DNA of 64,000 nt from Segetibacter sp. (GTDB lineage: Bacteria > Bacteroidota > Bacteroidia > Chitinophagales > Chitinophagaceae): positions 74,523 to 138,522 of the forward strand of contig JANMMU010000021.1 of the NCBI GenBank assembly GCA_031373555.1, read 5' to 3'. The position numbers and the translations under genes are program-made. The notes under the pieces were generated by a model. It had not been told where the DNA came from. It saw nothing but the letters and a program-made list of their open reading frames with translations, and made no database searches. This document shows, one piece after another, positions 35,801-45,407 of this stretch. The stretch's first letter is position 1; every line of letters starts with the position of its first letter.

Positions 35801-36957
35801 GACAAATACTTTTTTATAAATACCCTCAAGCCACAAATTATCACCTCGTCTTTGGTTTTATATTCTTCGGTATCGGGTACTATCACAAAGTTCTTTTTGG
35901 TCCCCAGGTCTTCAATGCTTTGGAAATATCCTTTGCTGATGGATGGTGCGTTGCTTAGTTTTATTTCGGCACAGGCAATGGGTGTGATACCCTTTACAAA
36001 CACCACATCACACTCTGCACCTGCCTGGGTCCGGTAATAATATAATTTGATGTTGTTGGGTATCAACTGGTGCAACTGCTCCACCACGTAACCCTCCCAG
36101 GAAGAGCCAACCACAGGGTGGCCTTTCAGGCTGTTGATATTGGGTAAGTCGCATAGGTTGTGAAGCAGGCCGCTGTCGCGGATATATACTTTAGGGGCTT
36201 TTACCAATCTTTTGCCGGCATTGATATAAAATGCTGGCAGCCGGTGCACCAAAAATGCACCTTCCAGAAAATCAACATAGCGGTTGACGGTTGGGGCAGA
36301 AACACCCAAAGAACGGGAAATTATTTCTGCATTCCAGGTGCTGCCATTTACATGCGCCAACATGCTCATAAGCCTGCTGATGGTGGATTGTGAAAGGGCA
36401 ACACCAAACAGGCTGCCTAGGTCTCTTTCTATATAGCTTCGTACAAAACCGCTCATCCACGTCATGGCTGCGGTGTCTGACCGGGCAAGCAAAGCACCGG
36501 GAAAACCACCCCTGAACCAATGCTTGTTTAGTTTGGATTTTTCTGGCAATTCAGACAGGTTGATGGGCGAAAGTTCCTGGTATGCTATGCGGCCTGCCAA
36601 AGATTCCGAAACACCTTTTACCAATTGCGGCGAAGCACTGCCAAGCAAAATAAACCTGCTATTAACCCTTTTGGCATCTATTGCGGAGCGCAATACGGAA
36701 AATATTGAAGGCATCGTTTGCACTTCGTCTATGATAATACATTTGTCATCATTTTCTGTAAGAAAGGTGTAAGCATCTTCCAGTTTTCGGTAGTCAAGCG
36801 GGTTTTCAAGGTCAAGATAAAGGGTATTTTTTTTTTGGATGTCGGCTATTTGTTTTGCCAAAGTGGTTTTGCCCACCTGTCTTGCACCAAGAATCGCAAC
36901 AGCCGGAAATTCTTTCAAATTGGCTGTTATTTCAGCCTGCAAAAATCGCTTTATCAT
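35788..36957 (-). CDS. AAA+ ATPase of the AAA_14 + DUF4143 type (COG1373-like)
   Basis: Walker A GARQVGKTT and Walker B CIIIDEVQ. A C-terminal region with CDVVF..., typical of DUF4143 (restriction-endonuclease-like fold). 389 aa. Confidence 0.85.
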   Translation of the reverse strand: MIKRFLQAEITANLKEFPAVAILGARQVGKTTLAKQIADIQKKNTLYLDLENPLDYRKLEDAYTFLTENDDKCIIIDEVQTMPSIFSVLRSAIDAKRVNSRFILLGSASPQLVKGVSESLAGRIAYQELSPINLSELPEKSKLNKHWFRGGFPGALLARSDTAAMTWMSGFVRSYIERDLGSLFGVALSQSTISRLMSMLAHVNGSTWNAEIISRSLGVSAPTVNRYVDFLEGAFLVHRLPAFYINAGKRLVKAPKVYIRDSGLLHNLCDLPNINSLKGHPVVGSSWEGYVVEQLHQLIPNNIKLYYYRTQAGAECDVVFVKGITPIACAEIKLSNAPSISKGYFQSIEDLGTKKNFVIVPDTEEYKTKDEVIICGLRVFIKKYLSKLK

Positions 36958-36961
36958 GACT

Positions 36962-37070
36962 TAAAGGTAATCAGTATCCTAGTAAATCAAAAATTTAATT
37001 TTCGATTTACTAGGATAACAAACGTAAAAAATACAAATTCACTCAATCTTAATTTAATTTTAAAAATTGT
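36962..37070. repeat. Direct repeat R flanking the ATPase gene, with a 19-bp hairpin (one mismatch)
   Basis: TATCCTAGTAAATCAAAAA (36975-36993) pairs with TTTTCGATTTACTAGGATA (36999-37017). It is followed by ACAAACGTAAAAAATACAAATTCACTCAATCTTAATTTAATTTT. By eye it is roughly 80 percent identical to repeat L over about 95 nt. Confidence 0.85.
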
Positions 37071-37294
37071 ATTTTCCCTTTTTAAAGTCTCTTTTTAGAT
37101 TGCCCTACGCTGATCCATCCTTAATTTTCGTTTGATGGGCACAAACATGCAATTATTGGGTTTCAAAAAAAAAGCAGAATATAGGATGCGGAACCCCTTA
37201 ATTTCATACTAATTTTTTTGGCTAAATTTGTTTATAAATTCAAACAGACAAATAGAAAAACATCATTCTCAAATAGATTTTTAAAACCTTTTTT

Positions 37295-37900
37295 ATGAAA
37301 ACAGAATTATTGTCACTTCCGGGCTACAGGCTGTGTGAGTACTTGTTGGTCTTGAAACCAAGTGAGGACTTGATAGAAAAAATGACGAAAATAAAAGCAG
37401 ATTTCTATGAAAAATACAAAGCTGAATCGGCCAAATGGGGTAAGCCCTATATAGCATTGGTTAAATTTTCGCAGTTGCAAATGATGGAAGAGAGATTAGT
37501 GAATAGAATAAAAATGATAGCTATGTCACTTCCTGCTATTAAAATTGAACTTAAAGATTTTGGCAGTTTTCCTACGCATACCATATACATAAACGTAGAA
37601 AGTAAAACAACTGTACAACAACTCGTAAAGCAAATAAAACCTGCACAATCGCTAATGAGAACGCAGGATAAGAAAGCCCATTTTATGGATAACCCCCATA
37701 TGGCAATAGCCCGGGGCTTGTCGCCAACCCAATATGAAGAAGCATGGCTTGAGTACAGCCACACACATTTTACGGGAAAGTTTATCGCAAATAGCCTTTT
37801 ATTACTACGCCGGCCAGAGGGTACTAAACCTTACCATACCATACAATCATTTGACTTTATGAATATGCCTGTAGTTACCACACAGGGTAGTTTATTTTAA
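37295..37900 (+). CDS. 2H-phosphoesterase (LigT / 2'-5' RNA ligase)-like protein, apparently degenerate active site
   Basis: 201 aa. The two positions where the family carries H-x-T/S-x read YIALV and HMAIA, so the first His and both Thr/Ser are missing. The overall spacing and length resemble LigT-like proteins. Low-confidence fold call. Confidence 0.45.
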   Translation: MKTELLSLPGYRLCEYLLVLKPSEDLIEKMTKIKADFYEKYKAESAKWGKPYIALVKFSQLQMMEERLVNRIKMIAMSLPAIKIELKDFGSFPTHTIYINVESKTTVQQLVKQIKPAQSLMRTQDKKAHFMDNPHMAIARGLSPTQYEEAWLEYSHTHFTGKFIANSLLLLRRPEGTKPYHTIQSFDFMNMPVVTTQGSLF

Positions 37901-37927
37901 AAAATTTTTAGTGAAAATTTATTCCCC

Positions 37928-39013
37928 ATGTCAGAAATTATAGATGAACAGGATGAAAATCAATCTTCTTATCTCAAAGGCAGAGGTGCACAGTTTAATC
38001 CACGCAATAAATTTCTGAAAAATGAAAGAATAAAAGAACACATAGAAGGCATAGATGAATGGACAGAAAAAAATGTAGCTACTCAATATTTAGTAGACAA
38101 TGCAAAGGGCATTGTAAACAAAGTAGAAAGCCCCGATGTTGGTATGATGTACAGCATGAACCCATACCAGGGTTGTGAACATGGTTGTATATACTGTTAT
38201 GCCCGCAATTCTTTTGAGTACTGGGGTTACTCTGCAGGTCTTGATTTTGAACGTAAGATTATTGTTAAGAAAAATGCCCCGGAATTGCTTCGCAAGTTTC
38301 TAATGAATCCTAAATGGGAATGCGCTCCAATTAGCCTTAGCGGCAATACTGATTGCTACCAACCTGCAGAACAAAAGTTTAAACTAACAAGAGGTTTGCT
38401 TGAAGTTTGTAATGAATTTAATCAGCCTGTTGGCATGATAACCAAAAATGCCGGAATGCTAAGAGATAAAGAGTTGTTAATTGAAATGGCAAAAAAAAGA
38501 TTGATTTCAGTATTGGTATCCATAACATCATTCAATGAAGACCTGCGGAGGGTCATGGAACCAAGGACAACTACAGGTAAGCAAAGATTAAAATTAATAG
38601 AAGATTTGAGTTCTGCCGGTGTAAGAATGGGAGTAATGCTTGGGCCTATGATACCCGGCCTTAATGACCATGAAATGCACAATATTATAAAGGCTGCAAG
38701 CAATGCAGGGGCTACCTTTTCTGCGTATACCTTTATCAGACTGAATGGAACAATCAAACTGATATTTCATGATTGGCTTTACAAAAACTTTCCCGACAGG
38801 GCAGATAAGGTTTGGCATATGATAGAGGCTAGCCACGGGGGTAAAGTAAACGATAGCGAATGGGGAAGGCGTATGCGGGGTAGCGGCAATATAGCAGAAA
38901 TGGTTGCCCAACAATACAAAAAATACACCCATAAATATGGGCTTAACCACGAAAGACTGGAACTGGATTGTACACAATTCAAAAGGCCCGGCTCACAAAT
39001 AAGTTTGTTTTAG
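37928..39013 (+). CDS. Radical SAM protein, PA0069/SplB-like family
   Basis: CxxxCxxC cluster CEHGCIYCYAR and an N-terminal YLKGRGAQFNPRNKF motif characteristic of the PA0069 family. 361 aa. Confidence 0.85.
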   Translation: MSEIIDEQDENQSSYLKGRGAQFNPRNKFLKNERIKEHIEGIDEWTEKNVATQYLVDNAKGIVNKVESPDVGMMYSMNPYQGCEHGCIYCYARNSFEYWGYSAGLDFERKIIVKKNAPELLRKFLMNPKWECAPISLSGNTDCYQPAEQKFKLTRGLLEVCNEFNQPVGMITKNAGMLRDKELLIEMAKKRLISVLVSITSFNEDLRRVMEPRTTTGKQRLKLIEDLSSAGVRMGVMLGPMIPGLNDHEMHNIIKAASNAGATFSAYTFIRLNGTIKLIFHDWLYKNFPDRADKVWHMIEASHGGKVNDSEWGRRMRGSGNIAEMVAQQYKKYTHKYGLNHERLELDCTQFKRPGSQISLF

Positions 39014-39251
39014 TGCTTCAATAATAACTTTGACAATGGTGAATTTGCACCACACATTATTAAACTTTATTTTGAAATTTTAAAATCCAGGTGAACATTT
39101 TGAAGCCTAGTTTTTGAAAATATTAAACAATGAAGTAGCAGGTTCTAAGGTAATGGGGTGGCATAAATTTTACAATCTTATCATTTTTGCTTGCTTCCAT
39201 AATTTTTTCAATGTACTTTGCTGTATTGATTTTTAACCTGAAACCGGTTTC

Positions 39252-40301
39252 ATGAAATATTTTCTTTTTTTTCTTTTTTGTTTAGGGTTTACCATAATGT
39301 CATGCAATAGCAATAAGAACAAAACCCAAAACAAGCCACCACAACCACCCCCAATAGTAGATGTAATGGTCGCAACATTTACTTCCGTTGGAAACACAAT
39401 TGAAGTAAATGGAACTGTTGTACCCGATGAATTTGTAGAATTGCATCCTGAAATCAGCGGCATACTTACTTATTTGAATGTAAGTGAAGGCAATTGGGTT
39501 AATAAAGGAACAGTTATAGCAAGAATCAACAACAGCGATTTAACATCACAGTTAAGCAAGCTAAAAGTTCAGCTTGACCTTGCAAAAACAACAGAGCAAC
39601 GTTACAAAAAACTATTAGACATCAATGGTATTAACCGTGCAGATTATGATGTAGCGCTTAATCAGGTTAATAGCCTGCAAGCAGACATAAATGCTCAACA
39701 GGTTTATATAGGTAAAAGCATTGTTAAGGCTCCCTTCAGCGGAATTGTTGGACTTAGACAAATAAGTCCGGGTGCTTATGTCAGCAACACGACTATCCTT
39801 GCTACCATTCAAAAAGTTGACAAGCTTAAGATTGATTTTTCTTTACCAGAAGAATATGCAGGAACTATTTCAAAAGGAAAATTGGTGACGGTAAAAATAA
39901 ATGATGATACTACAAGCCAACTAAAAGCAAGAGTAATTGCAATAGAACCACAGGCAAATGCTACAACACGCAATATTATGGTAAGAGCACTTCTTGAGAA
40001 CGGAAAAGCAAACCCGGGCTCCTTTGTAAAAGTTTTGATAGAAAATGCCAACAACAATAAAAGCGTATTAGTTCCTACAAGTGCCATTATACCCGAAGAT
40101 ATCAGCAAGTCTTTGGTAACTGTTAAAAATGGCAAAGCAGTTTATGTAAAAGTTGAAACAGGAGATAGAGCGGCGACAAGCATAGCTATTACAAAAGGCC
40201 TGGCAGAGGGAGATACTATTGTAGTAACAGGGGTATTATTTACCAAACCCAATGCACCGGTTAAAGTGAGAAGTATAAAAAAGTTAGCGGATTTTGATTA
40301 A
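39252..40301 (+). CDS. RND efflux periplasmic adaptor (membrane fusion protein), lipoprotein
   Basis: Lipobox (FTIMSCNS), a coiled-coil hairpin region (SQLSKLKVQLDLAKTTEQRYKKL) and HlyD/AcrA-like barrel segments. Lies upstream of the RND permease. Confidence 0.9.
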   Translation: MKYFLFFLFCLGFTIMSCNSNKNKTQNKPPQPPPIVDVMVATFTSVGNTIEVNGTVVPDEFVELHPEISGILTYLNVSEGNWVNKGTVIARINNSDLTSQLSKLKVQLDLAKTTEQRYKKLLDINGINRADYDVALNQVNSLQADINAQQVYIGKSIVKAPFSGIVGLRQISPGAYVSNTTILATIQKVDKLKIDFSLPEEYAGTISKGKLVTVKINDDTTSQLKARVIAIEPQANATTRNIMVRALLENGKANPGSFVKVLIENANNNKSVLVPTSAIIPEDISKSLVTVKNGKAVYVKVETGDRAATSIAITKGLAEGDTIVVTGVLFTKPNAPVKVRSIKKLADFD

Positions 40302-40370
40302 TAAATATTGAAGGAACCTATTGAAAAGAAATTATCACACTTATGAAATTATCAATCCGCAAAAGATAGC

Positions 40371-43300
40371 ATGAATATATCAGAATTATCTTTAATAAGG
40401 CCGGTTCTGGCTACAGTTTTGAACATTGCAATTATTGTATTTGGAATTGTAGGATTTACATTTCTTGCAGTGAGAGATTACCCTGCCATAGATCCTGCTA
40501 CGGTTTCAGTACAAACCACCTATACTGGTGCTAATGCTACTGTCATTGAAAACCAGGTGACAGAACCGCTTGAAAAACAAATAAATGGCATATCAGGAGT
40601 TAGAAGCATTTCGTCGGTCAGCAGCATTGGCAGCAGCCGCATTACTGTAGAATTTAACCTTGATGTTAATCTTGAAACGGCTGCCAACGATGTTAGAGAC
40701 AAAGTAAGTCAGGCTCAAAGAAATTTACCACAGGATATAGATGCACCTCCTGTTGTAAGTAAGGCAGATGCCAATGGAGACTTTATAATACTACTTGCTA
40801 TACAAAGCTCCAGTAAGGGTCTGATGGAACTTAGTGAATATGCTGAAAATGTGTTGCAGCAGCAAATGCAAACAATAAATGATGTAAGTGCCGTAAACAT
40901 TATTGGACAGAAAAGGCCTGCAATGCGTATTTGGCTAAAGCCAGAAAAACTTACCAGTTATAACATATCATACAGTACCATTCAAAGTGTGCTTAATAAA
41001 GAAAATGTAGAGTTACCTGCAGGCAAAATTTATGGCAACAACACAGATTTAAGCATTAATACGCTGGGCCGGTTATCAACTGAAGAAGATTTCAACAACC
41101 TTATTTTAAGACAAGATGTACAGGGAATTGTAAGACTAAGAGATGTAGCTAAAGTAGAAATATCGGCGGAAAATCTGGAACAAACCTGGAAGTATAATGG
41201 AACCTATGCAATTGGTTTAGCTGTAGTACCACAGCCGGGTGCCAATTACATTAAAATAGCCAATGAATTTTACAAAAGACTTGATGAAATTATTAAAGCC
41301 AACAAGTCTGACATTTCCTTTAAAGTACTAATTGACAATACAAAAGATGTTCGACGTTCATTGCTTGAAGTCGAGGAAACATTGGCCATATCGTTTGGTC
41401 TTGTAGTATTGGTTATATTTTTCTTTTTTAGAAATTGGTTAATAGCCATACGTCCTTTAATTGACATACCTATCTCGTTAATTGCTACATTTTTCATCAT
41501 GTACCTTGCAGGGTTTTCTATCAATGTACTTACACTGTTGGGTATTGTTTTGGCTACAGGTTTGGTAGTAGATGATGGCATTGTGGTTACCGAAAATATT
41601 TTCAGAAAACTGGAAGAAGGATTGTCTATAAAAAGGGCTGCATTGGAAGGAAGTAAGGAAATCTTCTTTGCGGTTATTTCCACCTCGGTTACTCTGGCGG
41701 TTGTATTCTTACCAGTGATTTTTTTACAAGGATTTACCGGTAGTTTATTCAAGGAGTTTGGTGTAGTTGTAGCTGCGGCAGTACTTATTTCTGCATTTGT
41801 TTCCCTTACTATAACTCCTGTACTCAATGTATTGCTTACAAAGAAAAACAGCGGTCATGGCAAGTTTTATGAAAGGACTGAACCATTCTTTCGCAATATG
41901 GAAAATGGATATAAAAACGTACTCACCGGATTTCTAAAAGTGAGATGGCTTGCATGGATTATTGTTGGTATTTGCAGTGTTATCATCTACCTTATTTTTT
42001 CAACTATACAAAGCGAACTCGCACCGCTTGAAGATAAAAACAGTGTGCGTTTCTCCATTACCGCACCTGAAGGATCAAGTTATAATTTCACAAAAAAGGC
42101 AGGCGAAAAAGTTGCCAATTTTCTCTACGATTCAGTAGCTGAAAGAGATTTTACTTTTGTTGCTGTTCCGGGTTTTGGAGGTACAGGTTCTAATACAGGG
42201 TTTGCCCGTTTGGGCTTAGTTAAACCAAATGAAAGGAACCGTTCTCAAAATGAAATTGTAAATGACTTAAATAAAAAGCTCCCACGGTTTAATGACCTTA
42301 GAATATTTGCTATACAGGAACAAACTATTTCGGTGGGCTTGGGTTCAAGGGGATCATTACCCGTTCAATTTATTCTTCAAAATCTTGATTTTGAAAAATT
42401 AAAAAATGCGCTTCCAAAATTTTTAGAGGAAGCAAGAAAAGATAAAACATTTCAAAACGTAGATGTAAACCTAAAATTCAATACGCCACAATTAACCCTT
42501 TCAGTTGACAGGTTAAAAGCTCATGACCTCGGTCTTTCAATCAGCGATGTGGCAGGGGCGGTTCAGGCGGCATTTAGCGGAAGAAGGCTTTCTTACTTTA
42601 TCATGAATGGTAAACAATACCAGGTAATAGGTCAGGTGGAGCGATCTGAAAGAAGCCAACCTGCTGATATAGAAAAGTTGTACGTAACCAATGCAACTGG
42701 TCAAAGTATTCCATTATCTTCTGTAGTTAAGCTGGAAGAAAACAGTATGCCATCCAACCTATATCATTACAATAGGTTTAAGTCTGCAACAGTTTCTGCA
42801 TCTTTAGCCGAAGGCAAAACAATTGGTGATGGAGTTAAAGCCATGCAATTGATAGGAAAAAAAGTTTTGGATGAAAGTTTTCAAACAGATCTTAGTGGGC
42901 CTTCAAGAGATTTTGTAGAAAGCAGCTCCAATACAGCATTTGCATTTTTCCTTGCATTGGGACTAATATATTTGGTTCTTGCAGGTCAGTTTGAAAGTTT
43001 TCTTGATCCATTTACCATAATGATTACTGTACCATTAGCATTGTCAGGGGCTCTTATAAGTCTTTGGCTATTTGATCAGACATTGAATATATTTTCCCAA
43101 ATTGGAATGATTATGTTGATTGGGTTGGTAACTAAAAATGGTATTCTCATAGTTGAGTTTGCCAATAAAAAAAGGGAGCAGGGAATGAGCAAACTGCAAG
43201 CTGTAACAGAAGCTGCACAACAAAGATTAAGGCCAATACTTATGACCAGTCTTGCTACTGCATTAGGAGCATTGCCAATAGCATTGAGCCTTGGCGCTGC

Positions 43301-43490
43301 ATCAACAAGTAGAAAGCCTTTGGGAATTGTGATAGTTGGTGGAATAATATTTTCGCTTGTTCTTACGCTTCTTGTAATTCCGGCAGTGTACACCTACATT
43401 GCAGGTAGTCATAAAAAAGATGTCAATAAAGAATACGATGAACAAGTTGCTCTGAAAAATGAGCAGGGAATTCTCCCAAATGAATCATAG
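40371..43490 (+). CDS. RND efflux transporter permease (AcrB/HAE1-like)
   Basis: 1039 aa with 12-TM architecture and two large periplasmic loops. Has typical motifs (VFLPVIFLQG, GLVTKNGILIVEFAN). Confidence 0.95.
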   Translation: MNISELSLIRPVLATVLNIAIIVFGIVGFTFLAVRDYPAIDPATVSVQTTYTGANATVIENQVTEPLEKQINGISGVRSISSVSSIGSSRITVEFNLDVNLETAANDVRDKVSQAQRNLPQDIDAPPVVSKADANGDFIILLAIQSSSKGLMELSEYAENVLQQQMQTINDVSAVNIIGQKRPAMRIWLKPEKLTSYNISYSTIQSVLNKENVELPAGKIYGNNTDLSINTLGRLSTEEDFNNLILRQDVQGIVRLRDVAKVEISAENLEQTWKYNGTYAIGLAVVPQPGANYIKIANEFYKRLDEIIKANKSDISFKVLIDNTKDVRRSLLEVEETLAISFGLVVLVIFFFFRNWLIAIRPLIDIPISLIATFFIMYLAGFSINVLTLLGIVLATGLVVDDGIVVTENIFRKLEEGLSIKRAALEGSKEIFFAVISTSVTLAVVFLPVIFLQGFTGSLFKEFGVVVAAAVLISAFVSLTITPVLNVLLTKKNSGHGKFYERTEPFFRNMENGYKNVLTGFLKVRWLAWIIVGICSVIIYLIFSTIQSELAPLEDKNSVRFSITAPEGSSYNFTKKAGEKVANFLYDSVAERDFTFVAVPGFGGTGSNTGFARLGLVKPNERNRSQNEIVNDLNKKLPRFNDLRIFAIQEQTISVGLGSRGSLPVQFILQNLDFEKLKNALPKFLEEARKDKTFQNVDVNLKFNTPQLTLSVDRLKAHDLGLSISDVAGAVQAAFSGRRLSYFIMNGKQYQVIGQVERSERSQPADIEKLYVTNATGQSIPLSSVVKLEENSMPSNLYHYNRFKSATVSASLAEGKTIGDGVKAMQLIGKKVLDESFQTDLSGPSRDFVESSSNTAFAFFLALGLIYLVLAGQFESFLDPFTIMITVPLALSGALISLWLFDQTLNIFSQIGMIMLIGLVTKNGILIVEFANKKREQGMSKLQAVTEAAQQRLRPILMTSLATALGALPIALSLGAASTSRKPLGIVIVGGIIFSLVLTLLVIPAVYTYIAGSHKKDVNKEYDEQVALKNEQGILPNES

Positions 43491-43501
43491 TTTACTGATT
43501 A

Positions 43502-44818
43502 ATGAAACAGTGTATCACATTTTTAATTTTAATTACCATGGGTTTTACAACCCATGCGCAATATAGTATTAGCAGTACTTACGGAAGGTTGACCCTTACG
43601 CAGGCTATTGCCATAGCATTAGAAAATAATCTGGACATAAAAATTGCCAGGAACAATTTTGAATCCAGCATTATCAATAACCATATAAGTATAGCAGGTG
43701 GATTGCCTGAAGTAACAGCAAGTGCAAACAACAACAGAACCCTTACTAACCTGACACAGGAAATAAGTAATGGCACTAAAATCCAACGCAATAATGTTGC
43801 AAACAATTCTATTGCAGCAAACATAACAGGTACCTATCTTTTATACAATGGAATGCGGGTGCAGTTTACAAAAGCAAGATTAGATGCCCTGCAAAAACAA
43901 AATGATGTATTGATAAATGTTCAGGTGCAAAATGTGATTGCAGATGTAATGGTTAAGTACTATGATATAGTTAGGCAACAAGGCTATATAAAAACAATCA
44001 AAGAAGCACTAGCGGTAACTCTTCAGCGAAAAAGAATAATAGAAATAAAGCAAAGTGTTGGACTTGCAAATAATGCCGACCGTTATCAGGTCATGTTGGA
44101 TTCAACTGCCAATATTCAGGATTTACTTTCACAACAGAATATTCTTGACCAATCAAAAGCAGATCTTATGAACCTGCTTGTTAGAAAACCTGATAGCTCA
44201 TATACCATTAGTGATACGATAATTGTAGATACTACCATTAATATTGATACAATAAAGCAACGATTACAACTAAACCCAACTATTTTATCTGCAGGGGAGC
44301 AAATAAAAATTAATGAGCTAATCGTAAAAGAAATCGGGGCACAGCGTTATCCTTCGGTAATGCTAAACGGCGGTTATAGTTTTAACCGCAACAAAAATGG
44401 CGCAGGACTTACATTACTCAATCAGACCACCGGGCCATTTGTTGGAGTTGGGATAAATGTTCCCATCTTCAATGGAGGTATCGTGAAAAGACAACAACAA
44501 GTTGCTAATATAAACACAATCAACGCAAAGAATACAACGGAACAATTATTGAATACACTACTGGCGGGAGTTGTAAAAACTTATCAATCATACAAGAATA
44601 GTTTGCAACAAATAAAGACTGAAAGGGAAAATAACATTATTGCTGCTGCACTTTTAGACCTTGTGTACAAAAGATATGAGTTGGGTGTGGGCACTATAAT
44701 AGATTTAAGAACTGCTCAACAGAGCTACGTAGAAGCCGGCTTCAGATTAGTTAATTTATCCTATGCTGCTAAAGTTGCAGAGGTTGAATTGAAACGATTA
44801 GCAAGTTTACTTCCTTAA
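43502..44818 (+). CDS. TolC-family outer-membrane efflux protein
   Basis: Signal peptide, an LTLTQAIAIALENNLDIK start and two OEP repeats. Third gene of the efflux operon. Confidence 0.85.
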   Translation: MKQCITFLILITMGFTTHAQYSISSTYGRLTLTQAIAIALENNLDIKIARNNFESSIINNHISIAGGLPEVTASANNNRTLTNLTQEISNGTKIQRNNVANNSIAANITGTYLLYNGMRVQFTKARLDALQKQNDVLINVQVQNVIADVMVKYYDIVRQQGYIKTIKEALAVTLQRKRIIEIKQSVGLANNADRYQVMLDSTANIQDLLSQQNILDQSKADLMNLLVRKPDSSYTISDTIIVDTTINIDTIKQRLQLNPTILSAGEQIKINELIVKEIGAQRYPSVMLNGGYSFNRNKNGAGLTLLNQTTGPFVGVGINVPIFNGGIVKRQQQVANINTINAKNTTEQLLNTLLAGVVKTYQSYKNSLQQIKTERENNIIAAALLDLVYKRYELGVGTIIDLRTAQQSYVEAGFRLVNLSYAAKVAEVELKRLASLLP

Positions 44819-44923
44819 TTATAAAGCACTTTCTTAAAACATGACTTTTATCAGTTACCGAATTGAGACTACTCATACTATATATCAGGCAATGGGTTGT
44901 AATTTGTAGACAAAGAAAAACTT

Positions 44924-45334
44924 ATGATAATTCACATACATGATAATTTAACTATCGCTGACTTGCAGGAAAGATTTACAAAATGCTTTCCAAATTTGAA
45001 AATTGAATTTTATTCAAAACCTCACCATTACAAAGAACTTACTCCTGAAAATTTGATGTACAAGAGTGATGAACTTATTGGTAATCTTAAAAAAGATTTT
45101 GATCAGGGTGAACTTGAAATTAAATCCTGGGACAAAGCTTTTAATTTAGAAAAGTCTTTAAGAGATAAATTTGGTCTTAATGTACAGGTCTTTAGAAATG
45201 CAAATGGCAAATGGCTACAAACTTCAGAAACAGATAAATACACACTGTCTGAACTAAATGAAATGAGTCAACAGGACATGCCCGATAATGGAACACCATT
45301 GGGCGAGCCCATTGACCTATTTGATTCGGAATAA
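44924..45334 (+). CDS. Hypothetical protein, 136 aa
   Basis: Clean ATG ORF with a balanced composition. No motif recognised. Confidence 0.5.
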   Translation: MIIHIHDNLTIADLQERFTKCFPNLKIEFYSKPHHYKELTPENLMYKSDELIGNLKKDFDQGELEIKSWDKAFNLEKSLRDKFGLNVQVFRNANGKWLQTSETDKYTLSELNEMSQQDMPDNGTPLGEPIDLFDSE

Positions 45335-45407
45335 GACTCACTTAAACTATTTCCAAACCTCAATAATTATAATTTTAAATTTATAGCTATGCTATACAAT
45401 CACATTT

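Noticed and set aside
35697-37070. Are the hairpin repeats around the ATPase gene integron attC sites?
   Set aside because: I found no GTTRRRY/RYYYAAC core sites at the repeat boundaries. The stems are nearly perfect, without the extrahelical bases typical of attC, there are only two copies and no intI-like integrase is present. I kept it as a cassette-like observation but not as an integron.
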